Shown one piece after another: positions 1 through 7,055 of a DNA stretch of 36,818 nucleotides (positions are counted from its first letter, which is position 1; every line of letters starts with the position of its first letter). The DNA comes from a virus (lineage: Duplodnaviria; Caudoviricetes): positions 1-36,818 of the IMG/VR virus record IMGVR_UViG_3300025093_000056; one strand, given 5' to 3'. The notes below the pieces were generated by a model, which saw only the letters and a program-made list of their open reading frames with translations, ran no database searches and was not told where the DNA came from. A program made the translations under genes and the position numbers.

Positions 1-109
1 TAAAATTAAATTCTTTAGATAAATTTTCCCATATCTCAGTGGGTGTTCTTATATACTTCATCTTTAAATTTAATTTAGATGTTAAAAGATTAGAATGTCC
101 TTTATTCAT
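1..109 (-). CDS. 5' part of a probable phage N6-adenine DNA methyltransferase (runs off window start)
   Basis: Manually translated MNKGHSNLLTSKLNLKMKYIRTPTEIWENLSKEFNF. ATG at 109-107 overlaps the upstream MTase stop (ATGA). 'TPxxxWxxLxxEFxF' resembles the N-terminus of phage Dam-family (PF05869-like) enzymes. The catalytic motifs lie outside the window. Confidence 0.5.
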   Translation of the reverse strand, partial: MNKGHSNLLTSKLNLKMKYIRTPTEIWENLSKEFNF

Positions 110-1133
110 TTTTCCCTTTCTGCTTTGATGATGGCTTTGCCGATTTCTTCCGCGATTTTCGGGACGATAGAATTTCCCAATCCTTTAAGTCTGTATACCC
201 TGCCGGGTACCCCATGAGCCACTCGACCCACGTCGGGTTCAGTGTGCCACCAGGTGCTTTCTCCTGGTACGCTACCTCCGTCTCCAAATACTTCTTGTGT
301 CGAAGATCCGCCATCCCTTGTGACAGCTTCATTGTCATGCCGATTGCTGCTCTCGGTGTCGGCCACATCATTTCCTTCACTTTGCCTTGTTTCTCGAACA
401 CATCTTTGCCTATCATTGATTTTGCTTCCTCTCTCGATATCTCTCCTACCATAACTTTCTTTCTCAATAGTCTGACGTTCCCCTCGTTCGGTCGATCGAT
501 CGCTGTTGGCGTTGGCCACATTAGATTCGGATGGGCTACCTGATCGTTGATGCTGATTGGCATACCCTTCTCTAACTTCATCTTCATTCGTTTCTCGGAG
601 CTCGGTCCTCGATTGCAATGTGCGTCGGGAGTCCTCCATATCTTCATGTCCGTTGTTGGTTTGCCGTATTGAACTTGTTCTGCTAGTGAGCCTGGCGGAA
701 CTGTTGTCCTGCCTATGCTCTTCCTGTATTCCTCTCGATGTTTCATTGCCTCCTCTGATCTCGTCGGTCTTATTGTAGCATTTGGCGTGAGCCACAATCC
801 AGATTCTTTCTCTTCTGTGGGGAGCACCGACACCTGCAGCTGGAATATTGAACGCCCTGACTTCGTATCCTTCTCCTTCCAAGTCAGTGCACACAGTCTC
901 GAAGACCATGCCGTCTTGGAGGTTAACAAGACCTTTGACATTTTCTCCAATAACCCACCTCGGCTTAAGCTCTTGGATGATTCGAAACATCTCAGGCCAG
1001 AGATGTCTGTCGTCACTCGTTCCTTTTTGTTTGCCTGCGACCGAGAACGGTTGGCAGGGGAACCCTCCTGTGATGATATCGGGAAGTTCAACTCCATCTG
1101 ACTCGAGTTTTTCTTTTGTGATTTCTTTGACAT
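102..1133 (-). CDS. Nested alternative-frame ORF: putative methyltransferase beta polypeptide (TRD-like repeats plus motif IX)
   Basis: 343-codon open frame shifted +1 relative to dcm. It contains four WxTP modules and LNPTWVEWLMGYPAGYTD, which matches C5-MTase motif IX. The true start is uncertain (1133, 1097 or 941). Confidence 0.75.
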   Translation of the reverse strand: MSKKSQKKNSSQMELNFPISSQEGSPANRSRSQANKKERVTTDISGLRCFESSKSLSRGGLLEKMSKVLLTSKTAWSSRLCALTWKEKDTKSGRSIFQLQVSVLPTEEKESGLWLTPNATIRPTRSEEAMKHREEYRKSIGRTTVPPGSLAEQVQYGKPTTDMKIWRTPDAHCNRGPSSEKRMKMKLEKGMPISINDQVAHPNLMWPTPTAIDRPNEGNVRLLRKKVMVGEISREEAKSMIGKDVFEKQGKVKEMMWPTPRAAIGMTMKLSQGMADLRHKKYLETEVAYQEKAPGGTLNPTWVEWLMGYPAGYTDLKDWEILSSRKSRKKSAKPSSKQKGKNE

Positions 1134-1290
1134 CGTTATATATCTTAACTCCTTTCCAATGTTTTTGCAGCACTAAATTGCTGTATCTATCGTTGTCACA
1201 AAAAGCTATAGTTTCAAAGTTTCCTGTACGTTCTAAACCAAGTGAAAAACCACCTAGCCCAGAGAATAGATCAAGAATCTTTAATTTCAT
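106..1290 (-). CDS. dcm: DNA (cytosine-5) methyltransferase, catalytic (alpha) polypeptide
   Basis: Motif I DLFSGLGGF, motif IV GGFPCQPFS, motif VI ENVKG, motif VIII HRRERIWIV, motif X RLKGLGNSIVP. The region between VIII and X is hydrophilic and low in complexity, with no recognisable motif IX. Confidence 0.93.
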   Translation of the reverse strand: MKLKILDLFSGLGGFSLGLERTGNFETIAFCDNDRYSNLVLQKHWKGVKIYNDVKEITKEKLESDGVELPDIITGGFPCQPFSVAGKQKGTSDDRHLWPEMFRIIQELKPRWVIGENVKGLVNLQDGMVFETVCTDLEGEGYEVRAFNIPAAGVGAPHRRERIWIVAHAKCYNKTDEIRGGNETSRGIQEEHRQDNSSARLTSRTSSIRQTNNGHEDMEDSRRTLQSRTELRETNEDEVREGYANQHQRSGSPSESNVANANSDRSTERGERQTIEKESYGRRDIERGSKINDRQRCVRETRQSEGNDVADTESSNRHDNEAVTRDGGSSTQEVFGDGGSVPGESTWWHTEPDVGRVAHGVPGRVYRLKGLGNSIVPKIAEEIGKAIIKAEREK

Positions 1291-1666
1291 AATGTTTAAC
1301 TATACTTTCTAATTTATCTTTTTTAGTTATGCTGTACGGTAGCATTCTTCTAGCACATTGTAAAGCATCTCTATGAGAACAACGCCAACGATATTGATCA
1401 AAATTTTGATGAGCTGCTTTCGGTCTAAAATTCATATGTCCACAACCAAAGCTATCGAGTGCAAATTGTATTGTTTTCTTACAAGTCATAGCTATTTCTA
1501 ATCTTATGTTCCAGGTAGGATATGCTTTCTTTTTTCCTTTCCTTAATTTTAAAGGATTAGAATAAGTTACACAGCCTTCGCCGTCGAAGAGTCCTGCTAG
1601 ATAAATATCTGTTATTAATCCGTGTCGGATTTTCTTATCGTCGATAGGTTTTGATTCTCTTCCCAT
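1271..1666 (-). CDS. Single-motif LAGLIDADG homing endonuclease-like protein
   Basis: YLAGLFDGEGCV motif followed by typical beta-strand segments (IRLEIAMT, FGCGH, YRWRC) and LPYSITKK. Confidence 0.85.
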   Translation of the reverse strand: MGRESKPIDDKKIRHGLITDIYLAGLFDGEGCVTYSNPLKLRKGKKKAYPTWNIRLEIAMTCKKTIQFALDSFGCGHMNFRPKAAHQNFDQYRWRCSHRDALQCARRMLPYSITKKDKLESIVKHYEIKDS

Positions 1667-1848
1667 AGTCTATTAATTTCGTTCTCAAGTTCTCTTCTTT
1701 TGGTCCCTGATTCTCGACACTTGGTTTTTAAAAAATCACATTGTTTTTTTAGAAACTCTATCGTTGTATCTCTTTGCTCGACAACCATTTTAAGTTCGGC
1801 GATTCGTTTATCATCTGCCATTCTTTTTATGTCCTCACTTTGTATCAT
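1615..1848 (-). CDS. Hypothetical coiled-coil protein
   Basis: Heptad-rich, charged ORF. The ATG at 1848 lies just after the upstream stop; the ORF track extends it to 1878. Confidence 0.6.
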   Translation of the reverse strand: MIQSEDIKRMADDKRIAELKMVVEQRDTTIEFLKKQCDFLKTKCRESGTKRRELENEINRLWEENQNLSTIRKSDTD

Positions 1849-1849
1849 G

Positions 1850-2026
1850 TTAATTTGCTTTGACGAATTGATCGACAAAGTCCTCCTCGGTTAGTATGAT
1901 TTCACCTTCACATTTACAGGTATCACACTTTACGGTTACTTCTTCTTTCGCTAAATGATAGGGGACACGAAGATATCCGTTGCCTCTACACTCAGGGCAA
2001 ATAACTTTATGCTTTGTTTTTTCCAT
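1850..2026 (-). CDS. Small DnaJ-type zinc-finger protein
   Basis: CPECRGNG and CDTCKCEG motifs; AAGGTGG ribosome-binding site before the ATG at 2026. Confidence 0.75.
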   Translation of the reverse strand: MEKTKHKVICPECRGNGYLRVPYHLAKEEVTVKCDTCKCEGEIILTEEDFVDQFVKAN

Positions 2027-2195
2027 GTGCCACCTTACCATTTAATTTAGTTTTCTTTTCATTAACCAAATAAGTTACAGCTTGACTTCTGCTTAACTTT
2101 AAATTCGGATCGAGAACTTTTTCTCGTAAAACATCAAGATCGTTATACGTTTTAAGAGTCACCGTGATGTTTTTGTATTTGCTTGTATCTGTCAT
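2007..2195 (-). CDS. Putative ribbon-helix-helix DNA-binding protein
   Basis: KYKNITV strand followed by two helices (LSRSQAVTYLV); AAGGA ribosome-binding site upstream. Confidence 0.6.
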   Translation of the reverse strand: MTDTSKYKNITVTLKTYNDLDVLREKVLDPNLKLSRSQAVTYLVNEKKTKLNGKVAHGKNKA

Positions 2196-2259
2196 TTATT
2201 ATATCCTTCTTTCATATTTATAAGATTAGATTTTATTTCATAATATAGGATATTAGTCA

Positions 2260-2472
2260 ATGAAAATATTGTTAAGTTTAGTTATTTGTAGCTACGTAGA
2301 GGGTGTGTGTATGCCTGCCTATGAGTGGCCTAAAAAATTTAATACAATGTATGATTGCCTAACTTTTGGTTATGAAGAATCGCATAAAAAAATAAAAGAG
2401 TTTGGTCGAAGTGAAGTTAACAAACATGAAATCTATATTCGTTTTAGTTGTAGACCTGTGAACACAGTTTAA
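2260..2472 (+). CDS. Hypothetical Cys-containing protein with hydrophobic N-terminus
   Basis: 70-aa ORF with AGGA upstream and four Cys; its stop overlaps the stop of the convergent gene. Confidence 0.65.
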   Translation: MKILLSLVICSYVEGVCMPAYEWPKKFNTMYDCLTFGYEESHKKIKEFGRSEVNKHEIYIRFSCRPVNTV

Positions 2473-2678
2473 CGACAAATACAACCAAAGAAATCACCGC
2501 TGCCATCTTTCATAACGTGACGATTGTAAGGTGCATCCATGTAGTCTGTAAGTTTTAATCTTAAAATATCACAGAGCTCGAAGCAATCTACATCACTCAT
2601 CAGTGTTATTCCCTCTGTTAATTTTTTTGTTACCTCTACTAGATGAAACAGGCCGTCGCTTAATATAATTATTTCCAT
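2469..2678 (-). CDS. Hypothetical protein
   Basis: 69-aa ORF with AAGGA ribosome-binding site, CxxxC and a C-terminal CxC. Confidence 0.65.
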   Translation of the reverse strand: MEIIILSDGLFHLVEVTKKLTEGITLMSDVDCFELCDILRLKLTDYMDAPYNRHVMKDGSGDFFGCICR

Positions 2679-2772
2679 AAGTCCTTATTAGTTTGTACCA
2701 TTGATCCTTATATTTAGGATCTTGGGTCTTGTTCCATAAGTTAGCTAGTTCGTCTAATTTTTTTGTTAACAT
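2593..2772 (-). CDS. Hypothetical 59-aa protein (not in ORF track)
   Basis: Manual translation MLTKKLDELANLWNKTQDPKYKDQWYKLIRTYGNNYIKRRPVSSSRGNKKINRGNNTDE. It fills the gap between its neighbours, and the C-terminal tail overlaps the next gene. Confidence 0.5.
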   Translation of the reverse strand: MLTKKLDELANLWNKTQDPKYKDQWYKLIRTYGNNYIKRRPVSSSRGNKKINRGNNTDE

Positions 2773-2944
2773 CAGGAGTTCTCGTTCCTAATCTTACAAT
2801 CTTTGCAAAGTTAGGAGCTTCAATATCAACTAACACACCATATGGTTTCCAATTTGTTTTCATAAGATTTAACTCTAATAAAAAAACTGACCACTGTTTT
2901 TGTGTTACGCCCTTTAGTTTTATTTTTATCTGTTTATCTTTCAT
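2741..2944 (-). CDS. Hypothetical protein
   Basis: 67-aa ORF immediately downstream of a sigma70-like promoter. Confidence 0.65.
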   Translation of the reverse strand: MKDKQIKIKLKGVTQKQWSVFLLELNLMKTNWKPYGVLVDIEAPNFAKIVRLGTRTPDVNKKIRRTS

Positions 2945-2950
2945 AAGAGG

Positions 2951-2979
2951 AGTGTAGGATATTATTATATAAATGTCAA
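2951..2979 (-). promoter_or_regulatory. Sigma70-like promoter, probably giving a leaderless mRNA
   Basis: TTGACA (2979-2974), 17-nt spacer, TACACT (2956-2951), then 6 nt to the ATG at 2944. Confidence 0.6.
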
Positions 2980-3107
2980 CGCCCTTGTCCCCGGTACTTC
3001 TTATAATTACGCTTTTCAGATTTGTTCATTCGTTTCTTGTGTCGACCTATTTTGGGCGGTGTCTTTTTAACGTATGTATTAACGCCAAACTTAGACTTCT
3101 TCGCCAT
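2976..3107 (-). CDS. Small highly basic 43-aa protein (not in ORF track)
   Basis: MAKKSKFGVNTYVKKTPPKIGRHKKRMNKSEKRNYKKYRGQGR; overlaps the end of the upstream zinc-ribbon gene. Confidence 0.65.
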   Translation of the reverse strand: MAKKSKFGVNTYVKKTPPKIGRHKKRMNKSEKRNYKKYRGQGR

Positions 3108-3297
3108 CTTGTTTTAGAACCATTCTGTAATGTTCTTTAGATAATCCCGCAGGAATATAAGATATCTTTCCATTTATTTTTTGCTCTAAATCTGAACCAC
3201 ATCTAGTGCATCTATAGAATTGATCTACTGAAACTAATACGGTTTCTCGAACACACTCAGGGCAAACACCATTAACGATTTCTGTTACCCATTTCAT
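3091..3297 (-). CDS. Zinc-ribbon protein
   Basis: CPEC and CTRC pairs; the ATG at 3297 overlaps the endolysin stop (ATGA). Confidence 0.7.
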   Translation of the reverse strand: MKWVTEIVNGVCPECVRETVLVSVDQFYRCTRCGSDLEQKINGKISYIPAGLSKEHYRMVLKQDGEEV

Positions 3298-3779
3298 TCT
3301 ACAACTTGACCGTCTTTCCACTTCATCTCAGGAAGTCCGTTCTCGTATTTTTTCCCGTCAAAAGTTAAAACTTGTTTTCTGTTAGCACCTTTTTCATTGT
3401 AAGATACGTGTACCCAGCCTGCTTGTCCGTCGTTTGGTTTGTAATACTCAAGTATAAGCTGATCAAAATCCACGTTATTCTGCAGCCAATAAGCTATTTT
3501 TATATTTGGAACACCCATAATTTCTAGGTCGACCGCCTGCCCCTTGGCGTGCTGGCTAGTTTTTTTGGACCCGATGGCTTCACACAGCGCTTCGGATCGA
3601 TAGCCTGATGTTATTGTAATTGGTTTATCAAACTTTGCACGAAGAGGTTCTAATACATTATAGCAAACCTCAGTAAGATTATGTATCTCACCTGACCCTG
3701 GTGTATTGTCGATGCCCTTACGAGCAGCCGTCATTGAACGGGTCATCTCTTCGAGGCTAAAATGTTTACTCAATCTCAT
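3294..3779 (-). CDS. Peptidase M15A family endolysin
   Basis: LSKHFSLEEM start, ITSGYRS, SQHAKGQAVD (H-x6-D) and WVHVS zinc ligands. Confidence 0.9.
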   Translation of the reverse strand: MRLSKHFSLEEMTRSMTAARKGIDNTPGSGEIHNLTEVCYNVLEPLRAKFDKPITITSGYRSEALCEAIGSKKTSQHAKGQAVDLEIMGVPNIKIAYWLQNNVDFDQLILEYYKPNDGQAGWVHVSYNEKGANRKQVLTFDGKKYENGLPEMKWKDGQVVE

Positions 3780-3847
3780 AAGTTATCCTTCAATCCTACA
3801 TATATTACCACACAAAGCAAGACTAAAACTATTAAAGTATTCTCCAT
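3776..3847 (-). CDS. 23-aa single-transmembrane microprotein (not in ORF track)
   Basis: MENTLIVLVLLCVVIYVGLKDNL; TAATG overlap with the upstream stop and ATGA overlap with the endolysin start. Confidence 0.6.
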   Translation of the reverse strand: MENTLIVLVLLCVVIYVGLKDNL

Positions 3848-4056
3848 TATGGTAGTATTTTAACAATCTTTTTTCGATCCATGTATATCTCTGTTTGAGC
3901 CTTTACTTTTTTACAAGTAAATACAACTCTCTCAGGATTGACCTCGTTCTGAGCTATGCGTTTTGATTTCAAACAATCGCTTAAATTGTTTTTATATACA
4001 TGCTCTATCATATTTCCGTTTAAAGTTAAGATTAGTGCAAATACAGTTTCTATCAT
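3847..4056 (-). CDS. Hypothetical protein, hydrophobic N-terminus and two Cys
   Basis: 69-aa ORF, coupled to both neighbours. Confidence 0.7.
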   Translation of the reverse strand: MIETVFALILTLNGNMIEHVYKNNLSDCLKSKRIAQNEVNPERVVFTCKKVKAQTEIYMDRKKIVKILP

Positions 4057-4448
4057 TGATGTTTACCATTCCCGTTTCTAATTATTTTTTCTACATCTTC
4101 AGTTAACTTCTCTGTTCTTTTCTTTAAAAATTCTATATTAACTGCATTGTTTCTCATACTTTTAAGTTCTGCTTCCACATCCTCTAATAAACCGCTGACG
4201 TGTTCCACAATCATAAAGAGCTCTGCTTCTCCAGCTGATTGACCTAACTCACCCCTTGGATACTTTATCCTAAACTCTGAGTTTTGATCTAGATCTTTTT
4301 GCATCAACTCTATCTTTGTTGAGTGTTGGTTTAGTTTTTCGTGAATGCCGAAGTAAGCCCATGTTCCGATTGCAATTATCGTAATTAAACTAGCAACCGT
4401 TTTCATTGGCATTTGTACAGCTGCGGATTCAGAAATTTTTAACGCCAT
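4053..4448 (-). CDS. Membrane-anchored coiled-coil protein (possible lysis accessory)
   Basis: Transmembrane segment VASLITIIAIGTWAYFGI followed by heptad-rich helices. Confidence 0.7.
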   Translation of the reverse strand: MALKISESAAVQMPMKTVASLITIIAIGTWAYFGIHEKLNQHSTKIELMQKDLDQNSEFRIKYPRGELGQSAGEAELFMIVEHVSGLLEDVEAELKSMRNNAVNIEFLKKRTEKLTEDVEKIIRNGNGKHQ

Positions 4449-4451
4449 AAA

Positions 4452-4553
4452 TTATTTATCTAGACCAGAAGTAAACCAATTAATAAATTTATTCCATAAG
4501 CTTTTTACTTTGTCCCAAACTTTGCAACAAATTGCTTTACATTTATTCATCAT
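4452..4553 (-). CDS. 33-aa amphipathic cationic peptide
   Basis: MMNKCKAICCKVWDKVKSLWNKFINWFTSGLDK; GAGGAG ribosome-binding site upstream of 4553. The longer track ORF to 4733 overlaps the upstream gene. Confidence 0.6.
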   Translation of the reverse strand: MMNKCKAICCKVWDKVKSLWNKFINWFTSGLDK

Positions 4554-5196
4554 GTTTTTTCTCCTCAATTTCGTAGAAGAACTTATCAGTATCTTCTGTT
4601 TTCCATTGACTTGTGTTTTCCACGTTCCATTCAGATGTTTGCACTTTCCAATTTGGAATCTCATCTTTAACTGTAAATGATGGTATATCCCAAATGCATC
4701 TATTGTTTGGCTGTGCTGCATAGTTCCCGTCATCGAGCGCTATGATGTGAGCACATTTATGCTCGTGCGGTATCTCTGAATGATCCGTATCCAATATATT
4801 ACTCTCTGGGTGTGCAAAGTCAACGGTAAATACATACTTTCCAGGGTGCCATTTCTTGTCTTTTCCTATGTATTTGCCTGCTTGTCCTGCTAAAATATCC
4901 CAAGTAGTAACAGCAGGATAGTAACTAAAACAATTCCAAAGCTGAAGCTCGTCAAGTCTACGTCTAGGAACTTCTTCTGCTTTATACCCTCTTTGAATGA
5001 ATGCAGATATCGGGAGACGATAGAAGATAGCTCCATTTTCCATAATACAATGAAAAAGGATACTACGCCCTGTAATAGCCGAAAGACCAAAAATAATGCA
5101 GTCTTCAACTTCTCCATGATGTTTCTTAAGGTCATAAAGATATTCTCTTTTGATTTGTGCGTACTCTACAGGAATGTTTGCGTTTAAGTAAGCCAT
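4543..5196 (-). CDS. Phage hypothetical protein
   Basis: 217-aa ORF directly after polA, with a His/Cys cluster HEHKCAH. Confidence 0.8.
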   Translation of the reverse strand: MAYLNANIPVEYAQIKREYLYDLKKHHGEVEDCIIFGLSAITGRSILFHCIMENGAIFYRLPISAFIQRGYKAEEVPRRRLDELQLWNCFSYYPAVTTWDILAGQAGKYIGKDKKWHPGKYVFTVDFAHPESNILDTDHSEIPHEHKCAHIIALDDGNYAAQPNNRCIWDIPSFTVKDEIPNWKVQTSEWNVENTSQWKTEDTDKFFYEIEEKKHDE

Positions 5197-5198
5197 AG

Positions 5199-7055
5199 TT
5201 ATCCATAAATATCACCCCAATTGTTTCCAAACTCATAATCAACTTTATTGGGAACTTCTAGTTTAACAGCGTCTTGCATAATCTCAATAACTTTTTTTGC
5301 CTCAGTATCATCTTTGATTGATAAGTCTAGTTCATCATGTATTTGTATGTGTGGTATGATACCTTCTTTATATAATTCTAACATAGCTTTTTTAGTCATG
5401 TCAGCAGCTGATCCTTGTATCAATTTATTTAAAGCTTTGTATGTATACGCTCTCCTGATCCCTGGTCCATGTTCCCTGAGTGCATCTTCATGAGGTAATG
5501 CTTTATGCATACCAAAACTATTTGGCTCCCACAAATGAAACCTACATAGCCTGCCTAGTAAAGTTCTTATCTGACCTCTATCTTGAGCTCTGTTAGAAGC
5601 TTTAGTCATCAATTGTTTTACAAAGGGAACTCTTGCATGATACGTATCAAAAAGTTCTTTTGCTTTTTCTTTAGACACTCCAAGTTCAGCTTGTAGTTTT
5701 GCTTTACCCATACCATAGAAAAGACCCAAATTGATCGTCTTAGCTTGTGTCCTTGGAATCTGTGCCATCTCTGCTACAGTTTGGTGAAAGTCTGCATTCG
5801 AATCATTTTGATAAGCATCAATAACATCATAAACCGATGGTAGTTTATACAACGATGCGTAGTGCACAACGAGCCTTGGTTCTTGTTGTGAGTAATCAAA
5901 GCAACCCCATTTACATTCATTTTCGGGAAGGAATAGTGACCTAATTTTAGGTCCTAAATCCTTGTTTCTAGCGGGTATTTGTTGAAGATTAGGGTTTTGA
6001 TAACTAAATCTTCCTGTAATAGTTCCACCATTATCTGATCGTAATTGGTTTATCTCTGCGTGTATTCTACCGTTATGTTCGTGTTTAATAATTGAGTCAA
6101 TAAAAGTTGTATGTGCTTTATTTATTTCTCTTGCTTGTGCAATCATTCTGACAACAGGATGCTCATGTTCTTGTAAAAAGTTTTTAGTAAAAGATGGTGC
6201 AGAAGTTTTTACTGTTCTTTCGTAAGGTATTTTAAGTGTATCAAAAACATTTGCTATACTTCTAGCTGCCCAAATCTGTGGTCTTATATTTGTTTCATAT
6301 TCTATTTTTGTTAACAATTCATTTTCTTCTTTAATAAAATCCTTTTTCATTTGGTGTGCTTTTTCAATATCAACTCTGACACCTTTGAATCGCATATCAA
6401 CAAGACAAGGAAACAATTCTGTTTCTAAATCAAATATATCTTCAAGATCTTGATGCAGTATTTCTTTTTTCATTTCTTGCCACAAACCAAACGTAATCTC
6501 TGCGTCCCGTTCTGCATAACCACCAACGTGCATAGCAGGAAGTTTATACATTTCTGCTTTTGGATCGATACCCCAACTCTCTGCTGCTTCGGCTAAAGCT
6601 GATTCGTTTTTACCATAACCAAGATAGTGCCAAGATAAACTATTAAGATCGTATCTAAATCTATTTTCATCAGTCACAGCAGCTGCAATCATTGTACAAA
6701 CAATATCTCCTTGTATCTTAAGTCCAAGTCTTCTCAACCAACAAACATCATAGATTGCGTTATGAAATATTTTTGTTGATGGTGCGTTTAATATATCCTG
6801 TAACCAATTTAAAACTTGTTTACGATCCATGTTCCCACCACCTTCGTGTGCGATAGGAAAGTATCCTTTGTAGTGTGCTGTTGCTACGGCGATACCAACA
6901 ACATCACCATTGCCAATGACTGACCCTGATCCTCGTTCCTTGAGTCCTGGGTCTTTAGTTTCTAAGTCAATAGCTATCTCATCAACTTGTCTTAAGTCAG
7001 GAAACTCTGTAGGTTTTACCCACTCTGTCTGTGCCTCAAACTTTGGTATTCGCAT
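5199..7055 (-). CDS. polA: DNA polymerase family A with 3'-5' exonuclease domain
   Basis: Exonuclease motifs DLET, FHNAIYD, YAERD; TGRFS..PNLQQIP; motif A DYSQQEPR; motif B RTQAKTINLGLFYG; motif C IHDEL. Confidence 0.97.
   Translation of the reverse strand: MRIPKFEAQTEWVKPTEFPDLRQVDEIAIDLETKDPGLKERGSGSVIGNGDVVGIAVATAHYKGYFPIAHEGGGNMDRKQVLNWLQDILNAPSTKIFHNAIYDVCWLRRLGLKIQGDIVCTMIAAAVTDENRFRYDLNSLSWHYLGYGKNESALAEAAESWGIDPKAEMYKLPAMHVGGYAERDAEITFGLWQEMKKEILHQDLEDIFDLETELFPCLVDMRFKGVRVDIEKAHQMKKDFIKEENELLTKIEYETNIRPQIWAARSIANVFDTLKIPYERTVKTSAPSFTKNFLQEHEHPVVRMIAQAREINKAHTTFIDSIIKHEHNGRIHAEINQLRSDNGGTITGRFSYQNPNLQQIPARNKDLGPKIRSLFLPENECKWGCFDYSQQEPRLVVHYASLYKLPSVYDVIDAYQNDSNADFHQTVAEMAQIPRTQAKTINLGLFYGMGKAKLQAELGVSKEKAKELFDTYHARVPFVKQLMTKASNRAQDRGQIRTLLGRLCRFHLWEPNSFGMHKALPHEDALREHGPGIRRAYTYKALNKLIQGSAADMTKKAMLELYKEGIIPHIQIHDELDLSIKDDTEAKKVIEIMQDAVKLEVPNKVDYEFGNNWGDIYG

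Noticed and set aside
214-1312. Several plus-strand ORFs opposite the methyltransferase
   Set aside because: They have no motifs or ribosome-binding sites and are expected antisense shadows of a GC-richer, dual-coding region.
4554-4733. N-terminal extension of track ORF 4452..4733
   Set aside because: It lies inside the upstream gene, and a strong GAGGAG site points to a start at 4553 or 4550.
5199-7055. Intron or intein in polA associated with the LAGLIDADG gene
   Set aside because: PolA is continuous and of normal length, and the nuclease gene is more than 3 kb away.
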